A stretch of 64,000 nt of DNA from Nemertoderma westbladi (lineage: Eukaryota > Animalia > Xenacoelomorpha), in the NCBI GenBank assembly GCA_032718475.1, contig JAUCBJ010008813.1, positions 63,417-127,416 of the forward strand, given 5' to 3'. The notes under the pieces are model-generated. The model was given only the letters and a program-made list of their open reading frames with translations, was not told the DNA's origin and made no database searches. Both the position numbers and the translations under genes were made by a program. The first letter of the stretch is position 1. Each line of letters opens with the position of its first letter. Positions 39,044 to 51,800 of this stretch are shown here, piece by piece.

Positions 39044-41406
39044 GATTTAGTATAACGACATGATAGGATTTAATTATCAGAACCGCCATTCTTTAACTAG
39101 ACGAAATTTGAAACCGAACACCAAGAAAATTCAAGTTCGAAGCAGATCGCTGTTGGTGCATTTCCAAAAGAACATAATAATAGATGACATTCCTATTACC
39201 TATTAACACATTTATTCTATTTGGACCTAATCTAAAAGAGAATTGTTTTCTTAAACACCGGATGTAACATGTTAACTACCTATGCTACATTCGGAAGAAG
39301 AGTTCTAATTAACTCGCCTGAATCAAACGCTTTAGAAAGTTCACTTTTTGATCCCCATCACGCTGCTGAAAACGCCATCGCGGTCAAACCACCTGTTAAG
39401 GAGGTCGGCATGCTGTGATTGGTCAATTTTTCCAGACTCCTTATCTCGAGATTCATGGTCCTACGAATTACCAAAAAAAACACAAAATTACCCAAAAATA
39501 CACAAAAAAAAAACACAAAAAATAAAAAAAACGCAAAAATTAACACAAATAAAACAAAAAAACGCAATTATTAAACTTACCCAAAAAGACAAAAATAATT
39601 CATATCCTATATATAGTTATAAACTGATGTCAGTACTGTCAGGAACACTGGTCACAATATGTCTAATTTACAGCCAGAATGTGTCCGTGGAAAACGTTCT
39701 CAGAGTGAAATTTCCCCATAGAAAACAATGCTAAATTTCATTTGAAAACCGGCAGTGCATTTTTAAGAATCCTGTGCCGGCTTGTCTACAAAATTATGCC
39801 ATTAGACTCGCCATCAACTTCCCTATCACCCATGACATTTGAGACTTAGATCATCCGCATCGTTGGGATAACTATCATAATATTAAAAATAAAAATGTGC
39901 CCAGCTTCTGCCTTGAGTACTAGTGGAGTTACAACCAAAATATGTCCGGAAATATAATCGCAGCCTGTGAAGGACAAATAGTGGCTGCACAGACACTTTC
40001 TGGCTGTAAATATGTGGACAATTTTTGACCAGTGTTCCTAACTGCAGTACTGCACAGACAGCAGTCATGTGTGCTGGTATCAGTAGTGCGATTTAGTATT
40101 TTGGTTATGTTAGATACCGGTACAGGTAATGAGGTATTGAATAGGCCATACATAGCAATATGTATATATTTTGTTTTATATATATATATATATATATATG
40201 TATATTATATTTTTGTGTGATTTTTTGTGTTTTTTTGTATTTTTTTGGGTAATATTACGTTTTTTTGGGTAATTTGTAGGACCCCTAGATCAATTATTCA
40301 CTCCTTGAGTGCTGCCGAAGTACAAGATTAAAATGTTCTCTGGCGTGGTCCTCACGGCGAAAGCAATGTCCTGCAATAGCGGTAGGCGATTTTGTTCTAA
40401 GTGTTCATTTAAGCTTGTGGGGAAACTCTACGCTGACAACCACTGCCAACAATGGTTATGAATATGTGTCCTGAGTTCGCGACTCGTGTGCATTGTTTTG
40501 GTGACCCATCCACCGCCAAATACCAACCCCCCCCCCCCCCCCCCCACCAAAAAAATGTTTCATTTAACATGTATTTACAATAACTAATTGTTGTGGAATA
40601 CTGTATATATTATTATTGATGTACTCCTGATGCGTATGCATGGTTGTAAATTTTGCACTTAATTTCTAGAATAATTCACTTTAGTGCAAATAATTATAAT
40701 TTATATAATGTTCTCTGGTATCTCTGGTGTGTTCCAAAAGACCTCCACTTCCACCAGCTTAGGGTTATGTGTTACTTCCACATATAATAATACATGTGTA
40801 ATATAAATTGGGGGGGTTTATGCGCCTGTCGATTTATACGAATCGACAGGCGCAACAAAAGTATTTGGAATATTATGCCCATGTATATTTATATATGTAA
40901 GCCTTCAAGTATAAACAAAACTGACCTTAACAAAATCAAGGTAGGCATTTGTTATTTTCCATCAGCAACATGGGCTTTAACTTTTAACTTTACATGGGAT
41001 TAATAATACTGTAATATTCTAAAACAATACCACATGGCCAACGCCGTCGGCCATGCACTCGCACGGCGCAAATGCTCCATTTGCGCTCTCCACCTGGATT
41101 TAGTATAACGACATGATAGGATTTAATTATCAGAACCGCCATTCTTTAACTAGACGAAATTTGAAACCGAACACCAAGAAAATTCAAGTTCGAAGCAGAT
41201 CGCTGTTGGTGCATTTCCAAAAGAACATAATAATAGATGACATTCCTATTACCTATTAACACATTTATTCTATTTGGACCTAATCTAAAAGAGAATTGTT
41301 TTCTTAAACACCGGATGTAACATGTTAACTACCTATGCTACATTCGGAAGAAGAGTTCTAATTAACTCGCCTGAATCAAACGCTTTAGAAAGTTCACTTT
41401 TTGATC
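39044..41406. repeat. Pair of apparently identical 310-bp direct repeats (39044-39353 and 41097-41406)
   Basis: Read base by base from GATTTAGTATAACG to CACTTTTTGATC; no mismatch seen. Confidence 0.9.
39458..40283. mobile_element. Inverted-repeat (MITE-like) element with A-rich arms
   Basis: GGTCCTACGAATTACCAAAA.. at the left and ..TTGGGTAATTTGTAGGACC at the right; no clear TSD. Confidence 0.65.
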
Positions 41407-41779
41407 TTGCTGGGAAATGGAAGATGGGTCCGTGACTTGGCATAACCAAAGTACAGTAGTTCTGTATACCTAATTGTACAGAAGTGCGGGTCGCATCCTT
41501 TTTAACCTTGATCTTTATTCAGATACCTGCTGTGTTCCTCCGCTAAGCTAGGCGTTTCAGCTACAGGCGCACTATAATTAATAGGTCTCTACGGGGGTGC
41601 ATTTTGCTGGACTTTTATACTTTTGGGGCGAGCCACGTTCTATGCATTGATATAGCAATATGTTGTAATTAGTTTAATGAGTTTCTGCGAGTCTGCGAGA
41701 TATCTTTTTATTCTCATAAGTCTCACTAACATTGAGATTACTCACAACTGATGAATAGTGTAGCATATATTTAGTGTAG

Positions 41780-42362
41780 CCCAATTATTTAAAACAAAAA
41801 TTCAACAGAGTACGCGATACACACTCTTACAGTACCAGAGCTAGTGCTTCAAACTTCTACCTCCCGAATTGTAAATCCTTCGAATCTGATACTTTCTTTT
41901 TTAACGGCATTAAAAATTGGAACGCTCTGCCTAATGAAATTAAAAACCTAAATAATCAACATTCTTTTAAATCTGCAGTTAAATCTCACCTCCGTGTGCA
42001 ATGAAAAAATAGGTACAATAGTCCTACAGTAAGTTATTAGTTTATTAATTATTTACTATTTATACTGTAATTACGTTTTATAATAAATTGTTCTGTACAT
42101 TACATCTTTATCGTTGAGTCGGGCATTGTCACGCTCTCGGTAAAGTTGTACATGTACATAGTGTAATTACGTTTTATATTGGTTTTAGGTTAGCGTAGTG
42201 TAATATTGTATTTGTAACCAAGTAACATAAAGGACCCCCTTGGAAATAAGCTGCAAAGCTTTAGGGGTGATCCTAATGTTGGACAATACCTTTATACAGG
42301 TACATTGTTTGGTGTATTTGTTATTGTTTTTACATAATGTAGAAATAAATCTATCTATCTAT
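41780..42362 (+). mobile_element. 3' end of an L2/CR1-type LINE (ORF2 C-terminus plus 3' UTR)
   Basis: HSYSTRASASNFYLP..FFFNGIKNWNALPNEIK..SFKSAVKSHL, then a UTR ending AATAAA(TCTA)n. Confidence 0.8.
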
Positions 42363-45300
42363 ATGGTGTTCAATATGGGTTACCCAACAACTATGAATTG
42401 TTGGAGAGGGTTAAATCAGTAAATCTTTACCTACAGAAACTCACGATAACCCAATAAGATGGTTTTACACTGTGATTAACTATGGTATTGTAAATCAATT
42501 TATTTTTAAGTGAGTAGGATATAGGGGCGATTAGTTTAATAATTCAATTAATGTATCTGCTTATATACTGTAGTACATAATAGTAGGTATAATTTTAAAC
42601 ATTTATCTTGTATAAAAAATTCTTACTTATTGAGTTAATTGAACACCTGAGACCCACATAATTTTACAACCGCTGTAAACTAAATTATTTTACTCGCTAT
42701 AAATATTCATGAGTGAACATATTGGCTCAGTTAGGTTTTCCAAACCACATGAACAATGCAATTATTATTTAATTATTATTATATATGGTTTGTTTGAATT
42801 TTAATTAGTCGCGTAAGGTAAGTAAGTACTGTAGGCCTAATGCTTACAGGTAGACTGCGTAATCCCTGGCCTAGTGGCCGAAGAAAATTTACTTTACTTT
42901 TTTTTTTTACTTTTTTGCACCGCATACTGAGACCTAAACGCAGCATTAACTGATTACGGGAAGGTTTTTTGCTTAAAAAAATCTTCTATTTATTTTTTGC
43001 TGATTAATCTCTTAATTTTTAATATTTTCCTACATTTAGGTTAAAAGGAAATCCCAGTATGATGACGTCAATACAGCGCCTAATTATTTTATACACAATT
43101 TGTCTTATTGGTGTAATGGCATTTCCAGAAAACCCAACACGGCACCTATCACATCAACACCACAGGTAGAAGAGTGTTACACTTCATAGCACTTTATAAA
43201 AATAATTAATGAAGGATAACCTACAGATTGACTGTAGGTTCTACAGGAATTAATTCATGTCACTTTTCAAGTGCTGTTAACTATAATCACAGTAATTATT
43301 ATCAAATAAAAATTGAGTTTGGATAACAGAATAAATTTTGTGTAGAAGCAGAAACTTTATACCTGTCATGTCATGTTTTTATGTTCATATTTATGTTGTT
43401 AATTAAACCAACAATGTTAAAACAAACAAGGATATATTTGATTAAATACTGTCACTAAATTGTAAGACAACATTTATAAATAATTCTATTTTTATTTACA
43501 TATTTTAATTTATTCACAGAAATTTAGTGAAATTCCCAATGTTAAAGAGATCATGGGAATACTTCAGCTGCGCGAGTTGTATCAAGAACTGCAGAGGAAA
43601 TCGTTACTGCGAGGAATTCTGTGCTGATACATGTTTGGGCTGAACAGATGTTGTACGGAAATTTCCTTGTTACTGTCAGAAATAATGATTTATTTTGAAC
43701 TTTGAAGTGGAATTGGATTAAAAATCTATTGTACTTGCGTTTATGGATAATTATATAAAATCTTAGTTGTTTCATTAAAAATCATCATATCTATTAATTT
43801 GCATGGAATTATTAATTTCACACTTCAAATCACCGGACGACATAATTTCCAACCTTATATCGCAGTGCGACATTATTTCTCAGTATGTCCGCTACGCCAT
43901 ACGTTTACGATATATGTCGCAGTTACGTCACCGCGTTAGATTATTACCATTACACTAAAAATTCTGAAATTAATGTGATTCGAACCAACGACCCTTCCAT
44001 TCACAACCCTGCGTAATATCCACTACAATACTTTGGTACGATATAAATGGCTCAATAACAGAAAAGTAGCCAAAAAAGAAAAACAAGAAAAAAATGTAAA
44101 TTAAAAAAAAATTAAAAAAAATTAGCATTATCCCAGTTCTACTGAATAAAATTTCATGAAATAAAATGTTAAAGGTAGACTTTTTTTCATCAGCAATCAA
44201 GGAAACAATATTTGACACGGAAAACGTGATTATTTGAAAAAATGTGTAGTTAATAAATAAGTAGTTGTAGTTTCTATCAGAAGGATATACCAAATGAAAA
44301 CTGAAAATTTGTCTTTAATTAAAAGAAGAAAAACATCACAATTTCTAGATGTAATACCTAGCGCGCAGGGGGTTCTAGAACACATTATTTTCTACTACAC
44401 CCCTAATATGCCCCCAATGGAAAAAATATAATATTATCAATTATTGTGGTTACAGAATACATTATTGCTGTTGTAAGTATCTGAAACTTCTCATATATTT
44501 CATTTATTATGTGTTGAACTATTTCGATATCTATCGGTTAGAAAACCAGCCACTATTTGTTTATAATACACTAATCGCATATTCATCATTGTTAATTTAT
44601 CGGATATGCAGATCAAAGTCGAAATGTCCAAATGACAAAATAACTCTTAATATCTTAATTAAATTCAATATCAATATTAATGTCTGAAATCACCATAAAT
44701 GTTTGTTCTAGTTTTAATTAATTAAGGAAGTTAAGTAAATTAGCACTTATTGTGCCCTGAACAGATAAATTTGATACGCGAACAACCTAAGAAGGAGTGG
44801 TTGTTATCACCATGCTATACAGGTGGTGTTTAATACATTTAAATATATTACCTAACAGCAACATTCATATTACATATTGTACATATTGTATGGGAACTGC
44901 AAAAAGTGTAAAATTTGTAGGGAATCATTTTTTATTGGATCAATTAAATTTATTTTTAATTTCCTCAAACGCCGAATTTCTCTAAGGACAAAAAAGTAGA
45001 AAACGTTTAAACGAAAAATCAAAAAATGTCACACACACAAATCAGAAGTATGCCTACAGATAACACCAAACTTTAGCTTTCAATTAATTGCCTATACAGA
45101 TGTAAATCAGTCCATTGGTGTTACAGTATCTATTTACAGTTAGTTAAAGGATAGATAGGTTTACCGGAGTTTCCATAAAAACTGAAAGCAATTTCAGTTA
45201 TACGTAAATTTATTATGTTTTGTAAAAAAAAATTTTTTTGGGGGGCGGGGGTTGTGTACCTGAATAAAGATACTGCATTCCAGTTATGTTACAAATATCA

Positions 45301-45789
45301 CTCAAATTTTTATTTATTGAGATATTTCCAATAAATTTGGTTTATTTAACCTCATTTTGAGGTGCATTACATTAAGGTTTTTACAACCATTAATTTTCTT
45401 TCACAATAAATAACCTACAGACAACAACTTTGCCTTGAAACAGCATAATATGAATCTTTGTAACCTTTTTACATATTATTATTATTAAAAAATTATCAAT
45501 GCGTCCAAAAACTGAAAACTTCAGCTTCTTGGGATAGGGTCCAATATTAATTTATTTTTATTGCTTTGATTTGTTTTTACTCAATTTCGCACTGAGCCAC
45601 TTTCCACTATGACCCGGTATCACATTCCAAACTTTTTGGAAATCGACCACTACTACTTATGCAGGGCGAGAGCAATATGCTGACCTGTAAACTGGGAAAA
45701 ATATTAAAAATAAATGGTTAGAATTTAAATTAAACGAACAACATTATTTTCTATAATTTAAATTAGGATATATTTTGTGCTGATATATA

Positions 45790-46929
45790 ATGGATCTTAT
45801 ACCACTAGAATCTACGTCCACCTCACCAAACGATCCCAGTTACTACAATGTCCCTTCGGTTGTTAAGGAATCAAGTTACTACAACATTCCGTCGAATTAT
45901 GAAATCTCTACAGAAATAAAAAAGGAGCCAGTTATTGATTATCGCGATACCGTTAATGTGTCTGAGGAATCTAGCGTAAAAGCTAACGGGTCTGGAAGTT
46001 ATGATCAGGACAATGTTGAAGATCCACAATTAGGGTTTATCGAGTATTTTATAACAAAATGTAAAGAAGAAACGATGGAGTTGAAAGTGAAACCCTGGAA
46101 GACTATAATGGTAGGCCTTATAGTTCTGATAATTCTTTATGTAATTGGCATGGCAACAATCATTGTTAGATTGAGAAGTGATAACAATGATATCCTTGAT
46201 AAAATAACAAAGCAAAGGGAAGTCTTTAATGAAGAAATCAAATTACAAGAAAGTTTATTTATTGATAAACTTGAGAAGCAAAAGAATCAATTAATAAGAA
46301 GTCTATTGTGTCCCAATTCACAATCAAATAATTCGGTTAATTTCTACAACAGTCCAATTGGACTACATGGGTTGATCCGATGTGATACTTATGGGCCTAA
46401 CGGACCGTGGTTGCTTATACAGCGTAGAAAAGATGGGCATGTGAATTTCTATCGAGACTGGGCTGATTATACAGCCGGATTTGGGGATATTCAGAATGAA
46501 TTCTGGTTGGGTTTAGATAAAATACATAAACTGTCTAAATGTGGTGTTTCGTTAAGAATTGACATGTGGTTGAATGGAATTAGTAAATATGCGGAATATT
46601 CTTCTTTCCGAATCGAAAATGCTTCAACGAATTACTCATTGGCTATATCGGGTTACTATGGTGACGCTGGTGATTCTATAATAGTTGGCAGCCCAGATGA
46701 TGATGCATATCTTACTGGGCAACCCTTCAGTACTAAAGACAAGGACCATGACTCATGGGACGACGGCAACTGTGCCGCCACGTACAAAGGGGCCTGGTGG
46801 TACAATAACTGTAGCAATTCGAGTCCTAATGGCGTGTACGGTGGGTGGAGTAATGGTAAAGGTCTTCTTTGGCTGCCCTGGACAAACAAGTTAGACAAAG
46901 TTGAAATAAAACTAAAAATAAACTTGTAA
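45790..46929 (+). CDS. Intronless type II transmembrane fibrinogen-related domain (FReD; FIBCD1/ficolin-like) protein
   Basis: 379-aa ORF. TM segment TIMVGLIVLIILYVIGMATIIV, coiled-coil neck, then FBG motifs WLLIQRRKDG..FYRDW..GFGD..EFWLGLDKIH..FSTKDKDHD..CA..GAWWY..C. Confidence 0.93.
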   Translation: MDLIPLESTSTSPNDPSYYNVPSVVKESSYYNIPSNYEISTEIKKEPVIDYRDTVNVSEESSVKANGSGSYDQDNVEDPQLGFIEYFITKCKEETMELKVKPWKTIMVGLIVLIILYVIGMATIIVRLRSDNNDILDKITKQREVFNEEIKLQESLFIDKLEKQKNQLIRSLLCPNSQSNNSVNFYNSPIGLHGLIRCDTYGPNGPWLLIQRRKDGHVNFYRDWADYTAGFGDIQNEFWLGLDKIHKLSKCGVSLRIDMWLNGISKYAEYSSFRIENASTNYSLAISGYYGDAGDSIIVGSPDDDAYLTGQPFSTKDKDHDSWDDGNCAATYKGAWWYNNCSNSSPNGVYGGWSNGKGLLWLPWTNKLDKVEIKLKINL

Positions 46930-47113
46930 TCGCAATTCGATTCAAATTAATGTATTTTAATTTCCAGACTACCCGTCTATAAAGTTGCACATTTATGAAC
47001 CTTAATGTTACCTAACGCATTTACTACGGAGTTATTCACTATATTTAATTAAATTAATAACAAAACATGCTGGAAGATACAACTAACGGTTTCACACCAA
47101 GAAGGGACTACTA

Positions 47114-47558
47114 TGAGGCCGTGTTAGAGGGATACTGTATGGCACAGCTGTCGGTTTAGTACAGCAACAGCTGTCGTTCTCGAACGAAACTTTTCGAGCA
47201 ACAGCTGTCGGTTTCGTACGAAACGTTACGAACAACAGCTGTCTGTTTCGTACTAAACGTTTATAGTAACAGCTGTCTGTTTCGTACTAAACGTTTATAG
47301 TAACAGATGTCGGTTTAGTACGAAACTTTACGAGCAACAGCTGTCGGTTTAGTACGAAACTTTTCGAGACAGCTGTCGGTTTCGTACGAAACTTTTCGAG
47401 ACAGCTGTCGGTTTCGTACGAAACTTTTCGAGACAGCTGTCGGTTTCGTACGAAACTTTTCGAACTACAGCTGTCTGAACTTTTCGATTAACAGCTATCG
47501 GCGTTTCTGAAAAAGAAAGTTTCGTCTACGGTGGCCAATTGAGAGTATTCCACGGCTC
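47114..47558. mobile_element. MITE-like element filled with a ~30-33-bp palindrome-rich tandem array
   Basis: Units contain ACAGCTGT and GTTTCGTACGAAAC; imperfect inverted ends TGAGGCCGTG.. and ..CACGGCTCA. Confidence 0.65.
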
Positions 47559-47954
47559 AATTACTTTATATCTTCATGCAAACAGGATGACTTCTTCTCA
47601 ATTCTACATTGCCTTTATATTTTTACCTTATTGAATTATTGATTTCGCTACCGGTATATCAACTGAATCCTGAATCTTAAATAGGAATTTGTATGGGGGA
47701 GGTGAATAGTAATTACTCAGGGGGAATATATTGAACTTGGGGTTTTGGTTCCATTAGTCAAAACATCCAGACATAACAAACTAATTGAATATTCTCATAT
47801 CCTTTTTTACAAATCAAACTGATCGCCTGGACATAAAAGCCACAAACATCCCCCAACAAACACCCTACCCTTCCCCAAACCACCAGACCCTTGTTCACCC
47901 CCCCCCCCCCCCCCCCCCCCAATAAAGAACCCCATCTACACCCCAACCCTAACC

Positions 47955-48680
47955 CCACCCCCACCCACACCTCACTACTCCCCCATACCGCCACACCCCT
48001 GTCCCACCCCCTCAAACAAAGACCCCCACAAACACCCCAATCCGCACCCCCACCCACACCTCTCTACTCCCCCATACCGCCACACCCCTGTCCCACCCAC
48101 CCCCTCAAACAAAGACCCCCACAAACACCCCAATCCGCACCCCCACTCACACCTCACTACTCCCCCATACCGCCACACCCCTGTCCCACCCACCCCCTCA
48201 AACAAAGACCCCCACAAACACCCCAATCCGCACCCCCACCCACACCTCTCTACTCCCCCATACCGCCACACCCCTGTCCCACCCACCCCCTCAAACAAAG
48301 ACCCCCACAAACACCCCAATCCGCGCCCCCACCCACACCTCTCTACTCCCCCATACCGCCACACCCCTGTCCCAACCACCCCCTCAAACAAAGACCCCCA
48401 CAAACACCCCAATCCGCACCCCCACCCACACCTCTATACTCCCCCATACCGCCACACCCCTGTCCCACCCACCCCCTCAAACAAAGACCCCCACAAACAC
48501 CCCAATCCGCACCCCCACTCACACCTCACTACTCCCCCATACCGCCACACCCCTGTCCCACCCACCCCCTCAAACAGAGACCCCCACAAACACCCCGATC
48601 CGCACCACCACTCACACCTCACTACTCCCCCATACCGCCACACCCCTGACCCACCCACCCCCTCAAACAAAGAACCCCAT
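47955..48680. repeat. 93-bp C/A-rich tandem repeat, ~7.5 copies (G-rich on the minus strand)
   Basis: 93-bp period, seen as a 31-aa period in the spurious ORF 47891-48649. Confidence 0.9.
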
Positions 48681-48861
48681 CTGCACCCCCACGCCACCCC
48701 CCTTTCTTTACAATTTCGTAAAGTAAGGATAATGTGAATAAACCATAAATAATTGTTGCGTTTGTAATATTTTCTATAGAAAATATCCATTAATTTGCGA
48801 AGACCCTAAATTAAAATTATAAAACTAAAATAACAAAACCAAATGTAATAATGGTCGATCT

Positions 48862-51800
48862 CTAGTCCTTCCCCCCTACAGCCTCCTCCCACTGTTTAGC
48901 CAGACTACGTCGCTTCTGTCGCAGTAAGCTTCCTGTACTCCGCACTCTCGGTTCCATCACTACTTGTTGCCCAGCAACCGGGGGACTCATACTTACGAAC
49001 CCGCTGGTGTCCTGAGAACTTGTTCCCGACCTGCACAAAAATAAGACGACGATTTAAAATTGTGTCGGTGCGTTCAGCAACATTTCATTATGATCCCATT
49101 TTATAACAAAAAAACGATAATCATGATGATTTTATTTATGTTAACGTATCATATTATTAACATCCAAGATTAAAGCAATTTAAACACAAAGAATCTAAAA
49201 AAAATGAGTTTCCCGAAATTATTGTGGTGATTTAATTTTCCGCTTTATTTGAGATGCAGTTGTGTGGCGAGCAACGAGTTAAGCGAGCTTAGCATACCGG
49301 TATCACCGTTTCATACATTGCCTGTCTGCCGGTCGATCTATTTTTAGGCGGTATTTTTACATCTCATGGTACACATCAAGTATGAAATAGGATTTAGGAA
49401 GGGTTACTGACGTGTTCTCCAGCCTGCCGGTTGAGGGTGCTTAGGCAAGCGGTGGTACACGTATGATACGCTACTGTAGCTTATTGGAAGTCCGAACGAA
49501 CGTTTCCGCTCATCCTGTTTAAATTATCGAATTTTAGAAAACATTTTATATAGTCTATACTGTAGATCTATTCAATTAATTATATTCATTATGTTTTTAG
49601 CTCAGGCTAATAAACAGAGGCGGCGCAAGGGGGGGGGGGGGGGTTATATTAAATATATACAGCAATTACAATAAGCAATAACTTTCATAACTCTCCATCC
49701 CCAACATTTACCTGGCCAATGGCGGGTCCTTGGGGGAGTGGGGGGGGGGGTATATTATATCAGTTCTGAGCTTGACCTGGTCATAATAAGTTCACATGTT
49801 CACTGTTCACATAGAAGTGAACAGTGGTGTAGCACCTACACAGCTGCTACAGTACAAGGCTAAATATAGTTGGAATAGGGGTGATGTAAATTAGGCACCC
49901 CGACGAGTTTTACGAGTTTTACAGAAACGACGTAGACGATTAGAAACTGGCTAACGAAGTGCGAGACTGCAGGATTCCTTTGAGAGGACTCAGTGAGAGT
50001 GAATACCCAAATACTTTTGATTAATAAATTAATTTATTAATTAATTACATCTTATGGAGATTATATCTTTCCTAACCTGCGTATCGCTCTTCTTACAATT
50101 TCAGTTTTCATTGCAGTAAACTTAAATTAATAGTAAATTATTACCTGCGTACTACAACTACAATGTCAGAGAAACGGTTGTCAGAACTAGCCCTTCTTAG
50201 TATAGAGTCAGAAACATTAGATAACTTAGAATTATATGTATTAATAATTATCGAATTAGCTTCACTCAAATCACATATAAGTTATTTTATAAATAGACAT
50301 ACTTTTTTAAAATAATTATTATACTCATAAAATTGGCACTCTCTCATTTTTGTGTAATTTTTGTTGGGGCGGGGGGGGGGGGGGGGGGGGGGCTCTCAAT
50401 TCGCTGTGCCCCTGCTAATAATTGCAATATTAAGTTAGTAAAATAGTCATTGCAAACGTCTATTTATTATACTTCGCCCTTATAAACAATTTCGTAAACA
50501 TTGTAAGTGATTTGATATATAGAATATAACATTGTGTCTCATTGTTTCCCCCAAGCTTGACACCAGAACAAAGCCGCCTCCGCTTGGCAGGACATTGTAT
50601 TGCTTTCGTCATTGACAATTGATTGTGGACAATCTTGTGCTTTGGCAACCCCATGGAGCAAATAAGCATGGTGGACAGCCCTATGACGTTTCGTGAGACG
50701 CTTCTTAAAGGCCATTGGCCTTGAAGATGCGGATGATCTCGCGAAATGTCATGGGGGATAGGGAAGTTGTGGCGGCGCAATGTTTGATCGACAAGCCGGC
50801 ATAGCATTCTTAAAAATGCAGCTGCAATGCAGCATGCCGATCCCAGTAGTAGTAGATATATAGAATCTAAACATTCAAGACAACATTGGAATTTGTATTT
50901 AGGGATTACGACTAGGTGTAGCCCCAGCCATACCGGCCAGCCCAACGAGAGATTCATAACTAATTTACCTCGTATCTTCCAGACTATCGGTTCCCCCAGG
51001 TGCACCACTTTGGGACTTCCTCGGAGAGACTCGTTTAGGTAAACCATCCGACTTCGTTGTCGTGGCAGATACTTTAGTAGACGTTGTAGATTCTGTAGAC
51101 GAAGGATTCTTTGACTTTGTTGTTGAGATGGATGGAGTACCATCGCTGATTATTGGCGCTTTTATTCCGCGCGAAGAGATTGATGGATTAGTTTTTTGGT
51201 TATTTGTAGCGGTTTTTAACGGTTTAAAACGCTGACGGAACTTTGAATCGCGGATTAGAGGAAGTTCATCTACGTTGTCGAGAACGTCACCAGTGTTGTC
51301 CACCGTCTCAACGGCCTCCGACTCATCGATAAACTCGCGACTTTTCCTCAGCTCGCTTTCCTTCTCCTCGGCTTCCTCCATCTCTTTCCTCATGATGCTC
51401 CGCCCACTTAATTTCCGTTTTACTGTGGAAAATAAAAAACGGCGTTTAGAACTAAACCGCAATTCACTAGAATTCGATAAAAGAGCATAATAAGATAATA
51501 TATATACTATTATATAATAATAATAATAATAATAATATTTAATCATTTGTATAGCGCCAACGTTACCGGTAGTATTCTATGGCGCTAATCAGAGTTAGGT
51601 TAGTCAATTTAAATAATCAGAGGACTAATATCAGAGCATAATATATACACTATCGGTATTATAGAGAGCATAGAGAATGATTTCAGAAATCGGAAAAAAA
51701 CATCAGCCAATGGAATCCCATCCAAAGCGTTCCATTAGAACCAACAAAAACTCAATAAAGTTTAAGAATACCTGCGGTGTAATTGGTGAGATTTCGCAGT

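Noticed and set aside
47891-48649. Extensin-like proline-rich 252-aa ORF
   Set aside because: Translation of a C/A-rich 93-bp repeat with a non-ATG start and no unique domain.
49412-49514. Possible extra exon of the AKAP2-like gene
   Set aside because: In the required phase it reaches a stop after about 11 codons, and 50969 splices in frame directly to 49030.
6614-50392. Frequent long poly-G/poly-C tracts as a functional signal
   Set aside because: Several lie in transposon subterminal regions, spacing is irregular and homopolymer lengths are error-prone.
50460-51143. 227-aa minus-strand ORF
   Set aside because: Alternate frame of a real exon running into the antisense strand of a LINE fragment.
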